Origin: a candidate division WOR-3 bacterium
Lineage (GTDB): Bacteria; Hydrothermota; 32-111
Reading direction: 5' to 3'
DNA length: 64,000 nucleotides
Assembly: GCA_037481815.1 (NCBI GenBank)
Contig: JBBFKX010000003.1
Span: forward strand, 220,278-284,277
Shown: positions 10,498 to 21,041 of the stretch, in pieces
How positions within the stretch are numbered: position 1 is the stretch's first letter
Layout of the letters: every line of letters begins with the position of its first letter
Program-made: the position numbers and the translations under genes
The notes under the pieces: model-generated
The model's database searches: none
The model's input: only the letters and a program-made list of their open reading frames with translations
Told to the model about the DNA's origin: nothing

Positions 10498-11385
10498 ATG
10501 GGATTAAAAGGTTGTTGCACTGCACTTGTAACCCCTTTTAAAAAGGACAAAAGTATTGATTTTGAAATGTTTAAAAAACAGATCAAAAGACAACTCGATA
10601 ATAACGTTTCCGGAATACTTGCATGCGGAACAACTGGAGAATCACCTGCTCTATCAGACGATGAATGGGAAAAGGTTATAAGGGTTGCAAATTCGAATAA
10701 GAAAAATGCTTATCTTATTGCCGGAACAGGTACAAACAACACAGAAAAAACTATTGAAAAAACAAAGATCGCTGAAAGTATCGGAGTAGATTATGCTCTT
10801 GTTATAACACCATATTACAACAAACCAAACCAGCAGGGACTTGTTGAACATTTTAAAAAGGTTGCAAAATCAACAAAACTCGAAATAGTAATATACAATG
10901 TTCCATCAAGAACGGGAGTCAACATTTTACCTGAAACCGTTGCTTATCTTTCGGAGATAAAGAATATAGTCGGGATAAAAGAAGCGAGCGGAAACATAAA
11001 CCAGACAACTGAAATACTCTTGAAAGCAAAAAAGGGGTTCTCGGTGATGTCTGGAGAGGACTCTTTGTTTTTACCACTACTTTCAGTTGGAGGTGTTGGC
11101 ATAATTTCAACCATATCAAATGTAGTTCCAGATTATATGCAATCACTATTTGAACTATTTTTTGCAAACGATTTAGAAGAATGCAAAAAACTTCATGATT
11201 TTCTATATCCTCTTGCAAAAGTTTTATTCGTTGAAACAAATCCGGTTCCAGTCAAATACTGCATGAAATATTTAAATCTTGATTCCGGAGAGTTAAGATT
11301 ACCTCTTGCCCCTCTATCGGAAAACAACAAAAAACTTGTTGAAAAAACAGTGATCGATATGGGCTTGAAAAAGGAGAAAATTTGA
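10498..11385 (+). CDS. dapA: 4-hydroxy-tetrahydrodipicolinate synthase
   Basis: TALVTPF, GTTGES, TPYYNKP, YNVPSRTG, GIKEASG, ETNPVPVK. Confidence 0.97.
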   Translation: MGLKGCCTALVTPFKKDKSIDFEMFKKQIKRQLDNNVSGILACGTTGESPALSDDEWEKVIRVANSNKKNAYLIAGTGTNNTEKTIEKTKIAESIGVDYALVITPYYNKPNQQGLVEHFKKVAKSTKLEIVIYNVPSRTGVNILPETVAYLSEIKNIVGIKEASGNINQTTEILLKAKKGFSVMSGEDSLFLPLLSVGGVGIISTISNVVPDYMQSLFELFFANDLEECKKLHDFLYPLAKVLFVETNPVPVKYCMKYLNLDSGELRLPLAPLSENNKKLVEKTVIDMGLKKEKI

Positions 11386-12212
11386 AGATAAGACAACCGA
11401 AATTTGCTGGTTATTTTTATCCTTCATCTGCAAATCAAATAGAAAAACTTTTTAAAAAGTTTGATGAGAATATAGAGCAAAAAGTCAAAGGTGATATTTT
11501 CACTGGAATAGTTCCCCACGCAGGGATCATCTATTCAGGATTCACTGCCTACCATTTCTATAAACTTTTAAAGGATAAAGATATAGAAAGAATAGTTGTT
11601 ATCGGTCCATCCCATCACCATCTTTTTGATGGATTTGTTATGCCTGAATCAGAGGTGTGGGAAACACCTTTTGGGAACATAACAATCGACAGAGATTTTT
11701 TGAATAGATTGAAATCAAAAAATTTTGTATTCAACGAAAATATTCATAACGATGAACACTCGGTTGAAGTCCAATCGATCTTTTTAAAATATATTTTTTC
11801 AAAAGATTTTCTTTTTGTACCATTGATAATGGCCAAACAAACAGTTGAAAATGCTCTCGATTTTGTTGAAAAGATTTCGGGATTCAACCTATCAAAAACA
11901 TGTTTCATCGCATCATCAGATCTCTATCACGGAAACGATTATGATGAAGCAATCGAGACCGACAAAAAAACAATTTCAAAAATTTCTTCAAATGACTATA
12001 AACTTTTTTACGATTATATAGTCGAAGAGGAAATATCTGGCAACTCCCCTGCATGTGGTTTTGGTCCGATAACTTTGATTTTGCTTTTAAATAAACGATA
12101 CAATATAAAAAACTTCGTACACCTTCATCATATAACGAGTGCTGATATTACAAACGATTACTCGGGTTATACTGTTGGATACACTTCTTATGCTGGAGTA
12201 AAAAATGGATAA
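11382..12212 (+). CDS. amrB: AmmeMemoRadiSam system protein B (MEMO1 family)
   Basis: IRQPKFAGYFYP, PHAGIIYSG, GPSHH, EHSVEVQ, SSDLYH, ACG, VGY. Confidence 0.9.
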   Translation: MKIRQPKFAGYFYPSSANQIEKLFKKFDENIEQKVKGDIFTGIVPHAGIIYSGFTAYHFYKLLKDKDIERIVVIGPSHHHLFDGFVMPESEVWETPFGNITIDRDFLNRLKSKNFVFNENIHNDEHSVEVQSIFLKYIFSKDFLFVPLIMAKQTVENALDFVEKISGFNLSKTCFIASSDLYHGNDYDEAIETDKKTISKISSNDYKLFYDYIVEEEISGNSPACGFGPITLILLLNKRYNIKNFVHLHHITSADITNDYSGYTVGYTSYAGVKNG

Positions 12213-12756
12213 CAACGATAAAATCTATCTTTTAAAACTCGCAAGAAAAACGATCCTTAAAGAGTTGAAGGGTGAAAATTTAATATTGGCTGAACCGGAA
12301 AGTGAGGAATTGAAAAGGAAATCAGGATGTTTTGTTACATTAAAAATAGATGGTGATCTGAGAGGTTGTATCGGTTATATTCAACCTGTTATGGAACTTT
12401 ATAAAGCAGTTTCCCAGATGGCTATAGAGGCAGCATTCAACGATCCGAGGTTTTATCCGTTGACTCTTGATGAATTTGAAAGAGTAAAGATTGAAATATC
12501 AGTTTTAACTCCACTTCAAAAGGTTGAAGATCTGCAAGAGATAACTGTTGGAAAAGATGGGTTACTTGTTAAAAAAGGATTTCGAAGTGGTTTACTGCTT
12601 CCTCAGGTTGCAACTGAATGGGGCTACGATCGAGAACAATTTTTAAAACAAACATGTTTGAAGGCGGGTCTCTATCCCGATTGTTATAAAGAAAAAGACA
12701 CACAGATCTATAAGTTTCAAGCCGAAATATTTTCTGAAGAGGAATTAAATCTATGA
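12205..12756 (+). CDS. amrA: AmmeMemoRadiSam system protein A (AMMECR1 family)
   Basis: GCFVTL...LRGCIG, AAFNDPRF, EISVLTP, GLLLPQVA, CLKAG. Confidence 0.93.
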   Translation: MDNNDKIYLLKLARKTILKELKGENLILAEPESEELKRKSGCFVTLKIDGDLRGCIGYIQPVMELYKAVSQMAIEAAFNDPRFYPLTLDEFERVKIEISVLTPLQKVEDLQEITVGKDGLLVKKGFRSGLLLPQVATEWGYDREQFLKQTCLKAGLYPDCYKEKDTQIYKFQAEIFSEEELNL

Positions 12757-14039
12757 AAAGGAATCTTTTTTTACTTGGAAATGGGGGAAGGGAGTCAGCG
12801 CTGTGTTATAAATTGAACAGTGATAGAGCCCTCGTTTACTCATACGATCCAAATCCAACCATATCAAGTTATTCTTTGAAATCTCCCGAATTTTCAAAAA
12901 CAAACTTTTATGAAGATCTTGCAAAATTTGTGAAAGAAAAAGATATACAGATGGTTGTTATAGGACCAGAAAAATTTCTGGATGATGGAGCGGTTGATAT
13001 TTTAGAATCAAAAGGAATAAAGGTCTTTGGACCATCAAAGGAGAGTGCGAAGATCGAAACCGATAAGTCGTTTGCCAAAGATCTGATGAAAAAATATAAC
13101 ATTCCAACAGCAAGGTATGAGATCTCAAACTCATTTGAAGAAACAAAAGATTTAAAAAGAAAATTTTCTTTTCCATTTGTTATAAAAGTTTCAGGACTCG
13201 CCGCTGGAAAAGGTGCTTTGATAATAAGAAATGATAACGATTTTAATAAAGCGATTGAAGACATTTACCAAAAAAATGTTTTCAAAGATGCTGCAAGGAG
13301 ATTAGTTTTTGAAGAGTTTTTATCCGGGGATGAATGTTCACTTTTCATTTTAACCGATGGAAAAAATTTTTTACTTCTTCCACCTGCTCAGGACCATAAA
13401 AAGGCATTTGATAACGATAATGGACCAAATACCGGAGGCATGGGTTCCTATGCTCCATGTAAACTTCTTGATCAAAAACTCATCGAAAAAAGTGTTGAAA
13501 AAATTGTTGAACCCACCATTTATGCTTTAAGAAAAGAGGGAAAACCTTTTAAAGGACTTTTGTATGCTGGTCTTATGGTGAGCGGGAGAGATGTCTTTGT
13601 TGTTGAATTCAATGCAAGATTCGGTGATCCCGAAACACAATCGATAGTTCCTTTATTGGATTCTTCCCTTTACGATATAATGTTTGAGATTGCATCAGGT
13701 GAATTGAATACAAAAACTATAAAATTAAAAGATCTTTATGCTACAACAATCGTTATAGCAGCAAAAGGTTATCCTGATGATTATAAAAAGGGGATCAGAT
13801 TTTCGATTGATGAAAAAATTTTTGATAACAATACAATACTCTTCCATGCTTCATCAAAAGAAATCGAAAACAACATCTATGAAAATACGGGAGGAAGGAT
13901 TTTAAATTTAACTTCGTTTGACACCACCCTTGAAAAATCAATTGAAAGAGTTTACTCTAATATTAAGAAAATAAATATCGATGACACTTTTTATAGGTCC
14001 GATATTGGAAAAAAGGGTATCGTATATGAAAAAAATTAG
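12753..14039 (+). CDS. purD: Phosphoribosylamine--glycine ligase
   Basis: GNGGRE, GLAAGKG, QDHKK, GPNTGGMG, EFNARFGDPETQ. Confidence 0.97.
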   Translation: MKRNLFLLGNGGRESALCYKLNSDRALVYSYDPNPTISSYSLKSPEFSKTNFYEDLAKFVKEKDIQMVVIGPEKFLDDGAVDILESKGIKVFGPSKESAKIETDKSFAKDLMKKYNIPTARYEISNSFEETKDLKRKFSFPFVIKVSGLAAGKGALIIRNDNDFNKAIEDIYQKNVFKDAARRLVFEEFLSGDECSLFILTDGKNFLLLPPAQDHKKAFDNDNGPNTGGMGSYAPCKLLDQKLIEKSVEKIVEPTIYALRKEGKPFKGLLYAGLMVSGRDVFVVEFNARFGDPETQSIVPLLDSSLYDIMFEIASGELNTKTIKLKDLYATTIVIAAKGYPDDYKKGIRFSIDEKIFDNNTILFHASSKEIENNIYENTGGRILNLTSFDTTLEKSIERVYSNIKKINIDDTFYRSDIGKKGIVYEKN

Positions 14040-14922
14040 TTTATTGTTGTGCGTCCCGTTTTTATTTTTGAGTATCTTCTCTTTTAATATATATGTCATC
14101 CAATCTGAAGACAATGAGATTTACTCGCCAATGCTCTATACTTTTAAAGAAAGGGCTGAATATGATCTTGTATATTTCAATTTGAACAACGAACAAAAAA
14201 ATGTTGATTTCATAGTCGAAAAGATAAAAAATGATAAACCATCTACTGTACTTCTTGTTGGTTATTTTGCAGTAAAGGAGATCGGAGAAAAGATAGATTC
14301 TACACCTCTGATCCTCTCTATGGTAACAAGTATTCCCAATAATATAAAAAGTAAAAAAAATGTTTGTGGTGTTATTTTTGATCTTAACGAGAAGACAATA
14401 TTTTCATGGTTGAAAAAGAATATGCCTCTTTATGATTCTTTAGGTCTAATTTTCTCGGTTGATAACTCATTAGATTATGCTAAAAAGTTTAAGACCATAG
14501 CAGAAGAGGAAGGAATATTTGTAGAACTTGGAAACATCTCGAGTTTAGATGATCTTCCTTTAACCTTTAAACTTTTAAAAACTGTAGGGATAAAGGCATT
14601 ATGGCTTGGAAAGGACAAACTCGTAACATCAAAAGAGGGTTTTGAATACCTTTTAAAAATCGCAAGAAGTGAAAATATTCCAATAATCGCTCCATATTCA
14701 ACCTTTGTAAAAAATGGTGCAAACTTTGCGATTTCACCAGATCCATCATATCATGGTTATCTCTGTGGAAACGTTGCTATAAGATTATATAATGGAGAAA
14801 AACCCGAAGAGATCGGTTTCTCAAAAACAGATTCTGTTCAATTTTTTTACAACAAAAATTCTTTGAAAAATCTAAAAATCGGAATATCCAAAAATCTTGT
14901 TGATAACGGAAAAAGTTATTGA
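14026..14922 (+). CDS. ABC transporter substrate-binding-like protein
   Basis: Signal peptide from ATG 14026; periplasmic-binding-protein pattern ending GEKPEEIG...FFYNK. Confidence 0.65.
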   Translation: MKKISLLLCVPFLFLSIFSFNIYVIQSEDNEIYSPMLYTFKERAEYDLVYFNLNNEQKNVDFIVEKIKNDKPSTVLLVGYFAVKEIGEKIDSTPLILSMVTSIPNNIKSKKNVCGVIFDLNEKTIFSWLKKNMPLYDSLGLIFSVDNSLDYAKKFKTIAEEEGIFVELGNISSLDDLPLTFKLLKTVGIKALWLGKDKLVTSKEGFEYLLKIARSENIPIIAPYSTFVKNGANFAISPDPSYHGYLCGNVAIRLYNGEKPEEIGFSKTDSVQFFYNKNSLKNLKIGISKNLVDNGKSY

Positions 14923-15806
14923 TCCTTCCTTTTAAAACAATCGTTGTAAACATCTATCAACCTTTCAACTGATGTATGAGTATATATCTGTGTAGTTCCT
15001 ATTGAAGAATGACCAAGAAGTTCCTGAACGAATCTAATATCAGCTCCACTATTTAAAAGATGTGTGGCAAAAGAATGTCTTAAAGTGTGTGGGGAAATGT
15101 TGGATATTTCAGCAAAATCTTTTATCCTTTTTTTCACAATTTTCCTGACTATACTGTTATCAAGTTTTTTACCATTTCTTGAAATCAAAAGTGCTTTACA
15201 ATCCTGTTTTCTGATTTTATCCCTTAAAGGTATATATTTAAGGATCAACTCTTTTATTTTGTTGTTAAACGGAACTATTCTTTCTTTATCCCCTTTTCCC
15301 TTCTCTATCCTTATTATCCTGTTTTCAATATCGATATCCTTGTCTTCAATGTTTATAAGTTCATTCGATCTTGTTCCACATCCGTAAAGTATTTCAAAAA
15401 TCAGATGATCTCTTAACTCTAAAAAATCGTCATCCTTAAACGAATCCAAAAACCTTGAAACAACAGCGACTGAAAGTGTCTGTGGTAATTTTTTTTCAAA
15501 CTTTAAACCTCTATAGAAAGACATTGGATCATTATCTATTACCTTTTTATGTTTCAAAAATTTAAAAAATGTTTTAAGTGTTGATATTTTTCTTGTGATC
15601 GATCGTTTTGAAAGTTTCGATTCGATTAAAAATGTTGTAAAATTTCTTATATCGTTTCTTTTTACTGATTTAAAATCACCTATTCTATTTTCCTCTAAAA
15701 AATAAACGAATTGATCAAGATCATCTTCATAAGATTTTACAGTGTTTTCAGAATATCCTCTGTTGTTTTTCAGATATTCAAGAAATTCAAAAATTTCCTC
15801 TTTCAT
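14916..15806 (-). CDS. xerC: Tyrosine recombinase XerC/XerD family
   Basis: YSENTVKSY, LYGCGTRSNE, GKGDKER, HTLRHSFATHLL, LLGHSSIGTTQIYTH. Confidence 0.88.
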   Translation of the reverse strand: MKEEIFEFLEYLKNNRGYSENTVKSYEDDLDQFVYFLEENRIGDFKSVKRNDIRNFTTFLIESKLSKRSITRKISTLKTFFKFLKHKKVIDNDPMSFYRGLKFEKKLPQTLSVAVVSRFLDSFKDDDFLELRDHLIFEILYGCGTRSNELINIEDKDIDIENRIIRIEKGKGDKERIVPFNNKIKELILKYIPLRDKIRKQDCKALLISRNGKKLDNSIVRKIVKKRIKDFAEISNISPHTLRHSFATHLLNSGADIRFVQELLGHSSIGTTQIYTHTSVERLIDVYNDCFKRKDQ

Positions 15807-17968
15807 TTTAAAATCAAAACCGAGTATCTTTTTTTGTCTTTTCCTTCAAGAAGCAAAAAGTATCTTCCAGTTTTCAAAAATTTTAGATCTATCTTTTTTT
15901 CTTTTTCAAAAGAAAATTTTTCAAGATAAATCTTTTTCCCACTCAGGTCGTATATTTTTAAGATCAGATCTTTTCTTTTGGTTAGCAGAGATTTTAAAAT
16001 CAGTTGTTTTTCTTTAAAATCAAACTCGACATTGTAATCATTAACTTTTAAACTATCCTGAAAAATCGGAGGTAAAGACAGAGGGAAATAATACTCAATA
16101 TAATCTGAAGAAACCGTAAAACCAAAATTTTCTTTATAAGGAATAACTTCAAAAAAATTCCTGTTCGTCTGAACTACAGATGGAATTTCTATCAACATTG
16201 ATGTATCAATAACTGAATCTTTAAAAATTGAATCATTTTTAAAAGATGTAAGATAACCGATATCGTCAACCCATACACCACTGTTTAAAGTGAATGGATC
16301 AAAGAGTGTTCTGATTCTCACAAATATATAGTTTGAATCATCCTTAAAAGGAATCTTCAAAAGATTCCAGTTCAGATCAGTTCCAGTAAACTTATAAAAA
16401 TTTGTATCGATCGGTTCATACTCAAAACCATCCGTTGAATATTCAACAAGCATTACATCATAGTCCTTTTCGAGGTCATACTTTAACATCATATAAAATG
16501 TATCATTTGTGAAATATTCTCTTTTATATTTGCTTTCGATTATCGAAAACGAACTGTTAATATTTTTTGGATGGAAAGAGTATTTTGGTGAATGGTAAAC
16601 CGACGAATCTAAACTTATGTTTATCAGATTATAAAGATCAAGTTCGTTTACACTATCAATTAAATTTTCCATTTGCGAATATATTTTTACTCTATAAAAA
16701 TCTGAAAATTCATCATTTTGAAGAGTCCAGAAAAGTGAATCCGAAACGATTTCGACTTCAGGTTTCAAAGGTATCTCTTCGGTTTTCCCATCAACACTGT
16801 CAGTTAAAATTAGCCCTTGCAAGAATCCAGGGAAAATATTCCTGCATAAAGTATCAAGAGTTGATGCTGGTGGTTGAAAAGTGTTATCCATTTCAACAGT
16901 AAAAGGAACAGTTGTTTTCCCTTTAACAAATTTTGAAAATCCATATATCCAGTCATCAGTATCACCTGTTGTTGCATATAAAGCAACAGATCTTAAAGTA
17001 TCATAAGGTTCTCCACTATTTTTTTTCATTCTGGATGCTATCCTGTGAGCAAAATCTTTTATTATACCTTCATCAAGAGTAAGGTTGTAAACGGAAGCCC
17101 ATGGGTAAAGAACATCTTCTCCATAGGAGTGGAGTGATAAAGAAATTTTCACATTATAGTTTTTTACAATATCCTCAACACATCTGACCTCGATCTCACT
17201 TGATGGATAAGGGCCACAGTATGTATAAAGATCTGAAGGGTTATGTGTTATTCCAGATGGATAACCCCAATCACTCTGAACTATCCTGTTACATCCACCT
17301 CCATAATTTCTATTTAGATCAACTCCATAATATCCGTTTCTATAGGTTCTATTCTTTCTCCAGTAGTTATCACCTGAAGGATCATCATGTGAATAATAGT
17401 ACCCATCAGGATTAACTATTGGAAAAACTATTATAAAATTTCTATTTACAAGATCAGTTATTAAACTATCTTTACCATAAGAAGCAAGCAAAGATTCTGC
17501 AAAAAATATTGCTGTTACTGTTGTTTGCCATTCTCTTGCGTGGTGTAAAGCCATTAAAAGAAAAGTATTCTGCCCATAATAATTTGAAGGATCTTGTCCG
17601 TTTATTTTTAAAATCAAAAGAGGATTCTTGTTGAAAGTGAAACCAAGTGTTTCAAGTTTTACGATGTTAGGATATTTTAAAACCAGAGAATCGATATACG
17701 AATAATATTCTGACAGACTTTTATAGTCGAGTTTATAACTTTTGGGTTCATAAATTTTATATTTCAAATTCAAATTTCTGACAGTAACAAAATCATCATC
17801 TGTAAGGTTAAGAAGGTAATTTTTATCCTTTTCAAATCCGATTATATCTAACGATTTTAAATTTTTTTTCAGAAGATCAAAATCGTTTTTATCAACAAGA
17901 ATTCTTATTTCGGAAAAAGATTTTATAAAGATAACAAGAAAAATAAAAATCAAAATTTTTGTTTTCAT
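15803..17968 (-). CDS. Secreted M14 zinc carboxypeptidase with T9SS-type C-terminal domain
   Basis: HHAREW, NPDG, WRKNR, GVDLNRNY, SLHSY, FTVEM; ends IYDLSGK...GRYFL...LILK. Signal peptide fits a start at 17968. Confidence 0.88.
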   Translation of the reverse strand: MKTKILIFIFLVIFIKSFSEIRILVDKNDFDLLKKNLKSLDIIGFEKDKNYLLNLTDDDFVTVRNLNLKYKIYEPKSYKLDYKSLSEYYSYIDSLVLKYPNIVKLETLGFTFNKNPLLILKINGQDPSNYYGQNTFLLMALHHAREWQTTVTAIFFAESLLASYGKDSLITDLVNRNFIIVFPIVNPDGYYYSHDDPSGDNYWRKNRTYRNGYYGVDLNRNYGGGCNRIVQSDWGYPSGITHNPSDLYTYCGPYPSSEIEVRCVEDIVKNYNVKISLSLHSYGEDVLYPWASVYNLTLDEGIIKDFAHRIASRMKKNSGEPYDTLRSVALYATTGDTDDWIYGFSKFVKGKTTVPFTVEMDNTFQPPASTLDTLCRNIFPGFLQGLILTDSVDGKTEEIPLKPEVEIVSDSLFWTLQNDEFSDFYRVKIYSQMENLIDSVNELDLYNLINISLDSSVYHSPKYSFHPKNINSSFSIIESKYKREYFTNDTFYMMLKYDLEKDYDVMLVEYSTDGFEYEPIDTNFYKFTGTDLNWNLLKIPFKDDSNYIFVRIRTLFDPFTLNSGVWVDDIGYLTSFKNDSIFKDSVIDTSMLIEIPSVVQTNRNFFEVIPYKENFGFTVSSDYIEYYFPLSLPPIFQDSLKVNDYNVEFDFKEKQLILKSLLTKRKDLILKIYDLSGKKIYLEKFSFEKEKKIDLKFLKTGRYFLLLEGKDKKRYSVLILK

Positions 17969-18013
17969 AATTTTATAATAAACCTGCCTTAACAAAAATC
18001 AAGTGTTCTGCTA

Positions 18014-18042
18014 TTGATAAACTTTGTTCAAACAAATATAAT
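18014..18042 (+). promoter_or_regulatory. Sigma70-type promoter 6 nt upstream of the radical SAM start codon
   Basis: TTGATA-N17-TATAAT-N6-ATG. Confidence 0.65.
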
Positions 18043-18048
18043 CAAAAT

Positions 18049-19059
18049 ATGCTGAGTAAAAATATACGGATAAAATATTATATAAAAACTTTATCTTCTA
18101 TCGTTAAAAGAAGACCTTTTATTCTTTATCATAAACCTACACTATCATGTAATTGCAAATGTGAATTCTGTGATTTCTGGAAAAATTCTGATCCGAATGA
18201 AATCGTTATCACTAAAGAGAAAATCAAAGAAATTTTAAAAGATGGCTGGAATATGGGGTTTTCGACCTATGTTTTATGGGGAGGAGAACCATTGATGGTT
18301 AAAGATCTTGGGTTTTTCCTTAAAACAGCAAAAGATATCGGATACAAAACAAGCATGTGTACATCTGGTTACCTTTTAAAAGAAAGGTATGATGATATTA
18401 AAGACAACATCGATATAATAATAATTTCGTTAGAATCAACTGGTGAAAAACACGACCGAACAAGAAGAACCCCTAAACTTTTTGAGAAAATAGTTGAAGG
18501 CATTGAACTTTTCAAAAATCAAAAAAATGTTCGATTGAAGATCTGGTCACATATAAACAGAATCAATAAAGATGATGCTTTGGATGTATTAAAGTTTGCA
18601 AAAAAATATGGAATCATTGTAGAATTTTTTCCATCAAATATCTTTTCAGATTACAATGAAAATATAATACTCGATAAAAAAGAAAGGTATGATGTTTTTA
18701 ATAGAATAATCTATTATAAGAAAATAGGATATCCGGTTAACAATTCGATAAAAGCATTAAAAATTATGAGAGATAACCTTCCATATATTTGCAACAAAGC
18801 AAAAATTTCAGTTCAGATAGAAAACGATGGAACGATAAATCCATGTGAACCTCGCTTTGTTGAAGATATGAAAAGTTATGGAAACATTTTTTCCGATGGA
18901 TTTACAAAATTAAAAGATAAAAATATTTACGAATGCAACATAAAACAACTTTCAAAATGTGATGGGTGCTTTTTCCCATGTGTCGGAGAGAGTGTTGATA
19001 ACATTTTTACAAGTGGATTTATAAGGTTTTTGAATTTTATTTCAAATAAAGACAGTTAG
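18049..19059 (+). CDS. Radical SAM protein with SPASM/twitch-like C-terminus
   Basis: CNCKCEFC, GGEPL, C-terminal cysteines (ICN...PCE...CDGCFFPC). Confidence 0.88.
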   Translation: MLSKNIRIKYYIKTLSSIVKRRPFILYHKPTLSCNCKCEFCDFWKNSDPNEIVITKEKIKEILKDGWNMGFSTYVLWGGEPLMVKDLGFFLKTAKDIGYKTSMCTSGYLLKERYDDIKDNIDIIIISLESTGEKHDRTRRTPKLFEKIVEGIELFKNQKNVRLKIWSHINRINKDDALDVLKFAKKYGIIVEFFPSNIFSDYNENIILDKKERYDVFNRIIYYKKIGYPVNNSIKALKIMRDNLPYICNKAKISVQIENDGTINPCEPRFVEDMKSYGNIFSDGFTKLKDKNIYECNIKQLSKCDGCFFPCVGESVDNIFTSGFIRFLNFISNKDS

Positions 19060-21041
19060 TCAATACTTCTTTTTATCTCTTTTATTTTATCCCTTAATTT
19101 TGCTGCCTTTTCGAATTCAAGTTCTGCAGCAAATTTGTGCATCTTTTCGGTTAGTTTTTCGATAAGGTCTATTTTTTCAACTGTTGACAATTTTTTGTAA
19201 TCCTCATCTATCTGACTCTCTACTTCTTTTGTAAAGGATGATGCTATATCTGTGATGATAAGTATATCCTCTATCTCTTTTGATATCGTTTTTGGGGTTA
19301 TATTGTGTTCTTTGTTGTAAAGTAACTGTTTTTCTCTCCTTCTATTTGTTATCTCAACCGCTTTTCTCATACTTTCGGTTATTCTATCAGCATAGAGTAT
19401 AACTTTTCCATTAACATTCCTTGAAGCTCTTCCAATCGTCTGTATCAAAGATGTTTCAGATCTCAAAAAGCCCTCTTTATCAGAATCGAGTATCGCAACA
19501 AGCGATACCTCAGGTAAATCGAGTCCTTCCCTTAAAAGATTGATCCCTACAAGAACATCGAATTCTTTCAATCTTAAACCTCTTATTATACTGACTCTTT
19601 CAATCGAATCTATCTCAGAATGCATATATTTAACCTTTATTCCCTTATCTTCAAGATATTTAGCAAGTGATTCTGCCATCTTTTTTGTTAATGTTGTTAC
19701 AAGAACTCTTTCATTTCTTTCAACAACCTCTTTTATGTTAACTATAAGATCCTCTATCTGATTTTTTGAACTTTTAATTACAACTTCAGGGTCAACGAGT
19801 CCTGTTGGTCTTATGATAAGTTCAACAACCTCTGTCGCTTTATTTACCTCGTACTCATCGGGTGTCGCTGACATACAGATTATAGGTCCGGTTATTCTTT
19901 CAAACTCTTCAAGTTTTAAAGGCCTGTTATCGAGTGCAGATTTTAATCTGAATCCATACTCAACAAGATTCATCTTTCTTGCCCTATCTCCATTATACAT
20001 CCCTCTTATCTGTGGAATCGTTACATGCGATTCATCAATCACAGTCAAAAAATCTTCTCTGAAATAATCTATAAGAGTGTAAGGTCTTTCCCCTTCTTTC
20101 CTTCCATCAATATGTCTTGAATAATTTTCAATACCGGGACAGTATCCAACTTCTTTTAAAAGTTCAAGATCGTAGTTCGTTCTCGACACCAACCTTGTCG
20201 CTTCGAGTATTTTTCCTTCTTCTTTCAATTCTTTTTCCCTTTCTTTTAACTCTTTTCTAATCGACACAACAGCCCTTTTTATTCTTTCGTCTGATGTCAC
20301 GAAATGTTTTGCAGGAAAGAAAGAAAAAATTTCAAGTTCTTCAATTTTTGAATTATTTATACTATCAAACGTGTATATCTCATCTATTTTTTGATCATCA
20401 AAGATTATCTTTACGGGAATATCAAGGTGCGATGGAAAGATGTCTATCGTGTTTCCCAGTACTCTGAATCTTCCTCTTGAAAAATCTATATCGTTTCTCT
20501 GATATTGCATCGTTATAAGTTTATCTATCAACCTTTCAAGATTGTAAAAATCTCCCCTTTTGATTGAAAAAATTTGATCATAATAATCTGAAGGTGACCC
20601 AAGAGTGTATATTGATGATACAGAGGCAACAATAATCACATCATTTCTTTCATATAATGAAACAGTTGCTCTTAATCTTAATTTATCAATATACTCGTTT
20701 ATATCAACCTCTTTTTCTATATAAATATCTCTATCGGGAAGGTAGGCTTCTGGTTGATAGTAATCATAGTAAGAAATAAAATACTCAACACTGTTTTCAG
20801 GAAAGAGAGTTTTCAATTCACCATACAGTTGTGCTGCAAGTGTCTTGTTGTGCGAGATTATCAAAGTTGGTTTGTTTAACCTCTCTATAACATTCGCTAT
20901 CGTGAATGTCTTTCCAGAACCTGTTATTCCAAGCAGAACCTGATATTTTTTACCATTCAAAACTCCCTCTACAAGTTTGTCTATGGCCTTTTTCTGTTCA
21001 TCTGAGGGAGAATATTTTGAAAATATTTTGAACTTTTTCAT
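19056..21041 (-). CDS. uvrB: Excinuclease ABC subunit B
   Basis: GITGSGKT, HNKTLAAQL, YYDYYQPEAY, GINLLREGLDLPEV, FEKAAKLRD. Confidence 0.98.
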   Translation of the reverse strand: MKKFKIFSKYSPSDEQKKAIDKLVEGVLNGKKYQVLLGITGSGKTFTIANVIERLNKPTLIISHNKTLAAQLYGELKTLFPENSVEYFISYYDYYQPEAYLPDRDIYIEKEVDINEYIDKLRLRATVSLYERNDVIIVASVSSIYTLGSPSDYYDQIFSIKRGDFYNLERLIDKLITMQYQRNDIDFSRGRFRVLGNTIDIFPSHLDIPVKIIFDDQKIDEIYTFDSINNSKIEELEIFSFFPAKHFVTSDERIKRAVVSIRKELKEREKELKEEGKILEATRLVSRTNYDLELLKEVGYCPGIENYSRHIDGRKEGERPYTLIDYFREDFLTVIDESHVTIPQIRGMYNGDRARKMNLVEYGFRLKSALDNRPLKLEEFERITGPIICMSATPDEYEVNKATEVVELIIRPTGLVDPEVVIKSSKNQIEDLIVNIKEVVERNERVLVTTLTKKMAESLAKYLEDKGIKVKYMHSEIDSIERVSIIRGLRLKEFDVLVGINLLREGLDLPEVSLVAILDSDKEGFLRSETSLIQTIGRASRNVNGKVILYADRITESMRKAVEITNRRREKQLLYNKEHNITPKTISKEIEDILIITDIASSFTKEVESQIDEDYKKLSTVEKIDLIEKLTEKMHKFAAELEFEKAAKLRDKIKEIKRSID

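Noticed and set aside
14916..15806. XerC as the cassette integrase
   Set aside because: It looks like an ordinary 296-aa Xer with no visible IntI-specific insertion and lies about 37 kb away in housekeeping context.
18049..19059. Radical SAM as the AmrS partner of amrA/amrB
   Set aside because: It is not adjacent and lacks the N-terminal Cys-rich segment I would expect in AmrS.
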